Source: Muribaculaceae bacterium (GTDB taxonomy: Bacteria; Bacteroidota; Bacteroidia; Bacteroidales; G3-4614). Taken from it: 62,267 nucleotides of DNA. Shown piece by piece: positions 59,175 through 62,267 of this stretch. The stretch spans positions 1-62,267 of the forward strand of contig JAFYRT010000015.1 in NCBI GenBank assembly GCA_017546805.1. Direction: 5' to 3'. Below the pieces are notes generated by a model. The model did not search any database and was not told where the DNA came from. It saw only the letters and a program-made list of their open reading frames with translations. Position 1 is the stretch's first letter. Each line of letters opens with the position of its first letter. A program made the translations under genes and the position numbers.

Positions 59175-61601
59175 ATGAAACACAAACACTTATTAAAAAG
59201 CATACTGTCAGTAATGCTGATAACATTAACTACAGTAATATCAATATTTATAACCTCATGTGCCGAGGAGGAAGAAAACAAATCAAATACAACCCCATCT
59301 GTGTGCAAAGTCTCAGTAATTAGCGGAGAGGGCGGAACAGCAAAAACATCTGAAACAGAATTAATACCCGGTTGGGAGGTAACCATAACCGCAACACCCG
59401 AAGAGACCTACCGTTTTGTAAACTGGACAGTAGGCGGGAAAGAGGTATCAAAAGAAAACCCATATACAATAGCGATAAACCAAAATACACAATTTAAAGC
59501 CAATTTTGAGAAAGATAACTACACCCTCAAAGTAACCGCGGGCGAGGGAGGTGTTGTAAAAGCATCACAAGAGGGCATTGTGTTAAACGGAACAAAAGTC
59601 ACTCTTACTGCTACTCCAAAAGAAGGCTATGGTTTTGTAAATTGGACAGTAAACGGAGAAGAGGTATCAAAAGAAAACCCCTACACAGTAACAATAACAA
59701 ACGACATAGAGTATGTCGCCAACTTCATAACCCATAAAGTAACCGTAATAGCAGGTGAAGGCGGTACAGCCGAAACATCAAAAACACAAGCAGGACATAA
59801 CGAACAAGTAACCCTTACAGCCACTCCCAATGATGGCTACAGCTTTGTCAATTGGACAGTAAACGGAGAAGAAGTATCAAAAGAAAACCCCTACACAGTA
59901 ACCGTAACAAAAGATGTAGAGTATATTGCTAACTTCATAACCCATAAAGTAACTGTAATAGCAGGTGAAGGTGGTACAGCCACAGTCTCAAAAACACAAG
60001 CAGGACATAATGAACAAGTCACTCTTACTGCTACTCCCAACGAAGGCTATAGTTTTGTAAATTGGACAGTAAACGGCGAGGAGGTATCTACATCTGCAAC
60101 ATACACAGTAACCGTAACAAAAGATGTAGAGTATGTCGCTAATTTTATCAGTTATAAAGTAACAGTATTGTCAGGCGAAGGTGGAACAGCCACAGCAAAT
60201 AAAACACAAGTAGGATATAACGGGCAAGTCACCCTCACTGCCACACCCAACGACGGTTATGGTTTTGTTAATTGGACAGTCAACGGAGAGGAAGTATCAA
60301 CCGCGAACCCATATACAGCGACAATAACAGCAAATACAGAGTTTAAAGCCAACTTTATCAGTTATAAAGTATCTGTAATAACAGGTGAGGGCGGAACGGC
60401 TACGGCAAATAAAACACAAGTATCCCCTAACGGACAAGTAACCCTCACCGCCATGCCAAAAGAAGGCTATAGCTTTGTCAATTGGATAGTGGACGGAGTT
60501 GAGGTTTCAAGACAAGCAACATACACCGCAACAATAACAGCAGATACAGAATTTAAAGCCAATTTTATCAGTTATAAAGTAACAGTATTGTCAGGCGAAG
60601 GCGGAACTGCTACAGCAAATAAAGCACAAGTAGGCTATAACGAACAAGTGACCCTCACCGCTACCCCTAACGATGGCTATAGCTTTGTCAATTGGACAGT
60701 AAACGGCGAGGAAGTATCAACATCTGCAACATATACCGCAACAATAACAGCAGATACAGAATTTAAAGCCAACTTTATTAGTTATAAAGTAACCGTAGTA
60801 TCAGGCGAAGGCGGAACCGCCAAAGTGGATAAAACGCAATTAGCACATAACGGACAAGTAACCCTCACCGCCACACCTGAAGAAGATTACTTCTTTGTCA
60901 ATTGGACAGTAAACGGAGAGGAGATATCAACATCTGCAACATATACCGCAACAATAACAGCAGATACAGAATTTAAAGCTAATTTTAGAGAAACATATAA
61001 ACCTACAGGATTAGAAAATGGAAAAGGTTTTGTAGAACTCGGTTTGCCAAGTGGACTAAAATGGGCAACATGCAATGTGGGAGCAACCACACCCGAAGGT
61101 TACGGCGATTACTTTGCTTGGGGCGAGACAGAACCAAAAGACTACTACGATTGGAGCACCTACAAATATTGTAATGGTTCTTCATCAACAATGACCAAAT
61201 ACTATACAAAATCAAGTTATGGCACAGTAGATAATAAAACCACCCTTGAACTCGCGGACGATGCCGCGCATGTAAATTGGGGAGGTAATTGGCGAATGCC
61301 AACAATTGAAGAACAAAAAGAGTTATTGAATAATTGCACTTGGACATGGACAACACAAAACGGAGTAAACGGGTGTAAAGTAACAAGTAAAAGGAACGGT
61401 AACTCCATTTTTCTTCCTGCTGCGGGCTATCGCTACGGCGACAATCTCGACAGTGCGGGCAGTTACGGCTACTACTGGTCGGGTTCGCTCGGCACGTACT
61501 ACAGCGACTACGCTTACCTCGTGTACTTCAGTTCGGACAGCGTAGGTTGGGAGTCCTACGACCGTTGCAGCGGGCAGTCTGTCCGCGCAGTATGCGAGTA
61601 G
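59175..61601 (+). CDS. surface lipoprotein: 8 InlB-B-like repeats plus C-terminal CLec-fold domain; putative DGR target 2
   Basis: Lipobox ITSC then acidic stretch; VTLTATP..GY.FVNWT repeats; C-terminal domain paralogous to 5872-6645. Confidence 0.88.
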   Translation: MKHKHLLKSILSVMLITLTTVISIFITSCAEEEENKSNTTPSVCKVSVISGEGGTAKTSETELIPGWEVTITATPEETYRFVNWTVGGKEVSKENPYTIAINQNTQFKANFEKDNYTLKVTAGEGGVVKASQEGIVLNGTKVTLTATPKEGYGFVNWTVNGEEVSKENPYTVTITNDIEYVANFITHKVTVIAGEGGTAETSKTQAGHNEQVTLTATPNDGYSFVNWTVNGEEVSKENPYTVTVTKDVEYIANFITHKVTVIAGEGGTATVSKTQAGHNEQVTLTATPNEGYSFVNWTVNGEEVSTSATYTVTVTKDVEYVANFISYKVTVLSGEGGTATANKTQVGYNGQVTLTATPNDGYGFVNWTVNGEEVSTANPYTATITANTEFKANFISYKVSVITGEGGTATANKTQVSPNGQVTLTAMPKEGYSFVNWIVDGVEVSRQATYTATITADTEFKANFISYKVTVLSGEGGTATANKAQVGYNEQVTLTATPNDGYSFVNWTVNGEEVSTSATYTATITADTEFKANFISYKVTVVSGEGGTAKVDKTQLAHNGQVTLTATPEEDYFFVNWTVNGEEISTSATYTATITADTEFKANFRETYKPTGLENGKGFVELGLPSGLKWATCNVGATTPEGYGDYFAWGETEPKDYYDWSTYKYCNGSSSTMTKYYTKSSYGTVDNKTTLELADDAAHVNWGGNWRMPTIEEQKELLNNCTWTWTTQNGVNGCKVTSKRNGNSIFLPAAGYRYGDNLDSAGSYGYYWSGSLGTYYSDYAYLVYFSSDSVGWESYDRCSGQSVRAVCE
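59300..60990 (+). repeat. intragenic tandem repeat, eight ~210-bp units
   Basis: Exact 210-nt period at 59731, 59941, 60151, 60361, 60571, 60781. Confidence 0.92.
61428..61601 (+). other. DGR variable region VR2 with IMH-like 3' end
   Basis: GC-rich, TAC/GAC/AGC/GGC codons, shared tail GTCTGTCCGCGCAGTmTGCGAGTAG. Confidence 0.8.
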
Positions 61602-61651
61602 TGTGCTTCGCTACAATTAGAAATTAGGAATGAGGAATTATGCGGGTAAGT

Positions 61652-61800
61652 GAGAGCAAAACAAGTTTACTTGAATTTTGCCGAACGTGAGCATAATCAA
61701 GAAACGCATGTTTCTTAATTAGAGATTAAGAGAGAGCAAAACAAGTTTACTTGAATTTTGCCGAACGTGAGCATAATCAAGAAACGTATGTTTCTTAATT
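61652..61800 (-). repeat. two tandem copies (69 bp, 80-bp period, 1 mismatch) containing a family A repeat in reverse orientation
   Basis: 61652-61720 versus 61732-61800. Confidence 0.85.
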
Positions 61801-61815
61801 GCAGATTTGTTAGAA

Positions 61816-61850
61816 TAACTGCCATAGGTTCTGTGAGCCTATGGCAGTTG
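61816..61850. terminator. strong hairpin downstream of target 2
   Basis: AACTGCCATAGGTTC-TGT-GAGCCTATGGCAGTT. Confidence 0.6.
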
Positions 61851-61853
61851 TAT

Positions 61854-61878
61854 GTAGGGACGTGGCATCGCTACGTCC
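61854..61878 (+). repeat. GTAG-type REP-like palindrome
   Basis: GTAG followed by GGACGTGGC-ATC-GCTACGTCC. Confidence 0.5.
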
Positions 61879-62267
61879 GCCAAGAATGGGGTTAAATATG
61901 GGTATGTAATGGACTGCTTGCAACCCTGTCTTTCAGACATATTTATTCCATCTGCTGAAGTAGCATAAAAATAGTAAACAACATTTTCTTTTTATTGGTG
62001 TCTGGTAAAAATTTTTACAACAAATATATTTGATTTACAATTAATACATTAAAAATGTTCTTATAAAGTAGGGGTTGTACTATTATTAGAAATCTATATG
62101 ATAGACACATTAGTCAGAACTTATAAATTTTTATAAACTTTTTGACCGCAAAAAGTTACAAAAACTCTCGCACCTGATATAAAACAGTCATTCAAATTTT
62201 TGTTCGGGAGTTCTTCGAACATCCCTCAGTCAATTTTCATTTGCCGTTACAGCTATTCCCTCGTTTG

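Noticed and set aside
61652-61800. Possible CRISPR array
   Set aside because: Only two 69-bp units with an 11-bp spacer and no cas genes; it is a tandem duplication
1-62267. Complete DGR cassette (RT, TR, avd) inside the window
   Set aside because: No ORF with RT motifs and no AAC-rich non-coding copy of the VR was seen; neither VR is adenine-rich enough to be the template for the other
62180-62267. Hairpin-like sequence at the right edge
   Set aside because: Truncated by the window end; cannot tell a gene end from an RNA element

Overview
AT-rich chromosomal window from a Bacteroidales-type bacterium (TAnnTTTG promoters, T9SS cargo, fused lpxC-fabZ, serine palmitoyltransferase). Most of it is housekeeping: sod, uvrD, nspC, recA, relA/spoT, ndk, lpxA/C/D, spt, asnA, rpmE2, clpB, tgt, lptG, pepD, rsmA, mgtE. 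Three small accessory loci sit between these genes. Two of them (~5.2-6.6 kb and ~58.2-61.6 kb) end in paralogous exported proteins whose last ~60 codons carry the signature of diversity-generating retroelement (DGR) variable regions. I found no reverse transcriptase or template repeat in the window, so they look like remote, trans-targeted loci. The third locus is a lone GmrSD-like (DUF262/DUF1524) defence gene. All three loci are preceded by the same sequence-divergent but structurally conserved ~150-nt leader: a long rod with an AAA/RCC internal loop, a TCACG-loop-CGTGG tip and a mutually exclusive terminator. I do not recognise this leader as a named family. Several families of small structured intergenic repeats are also present. 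All domain calls come from motif recognition by eye, not from database searches.
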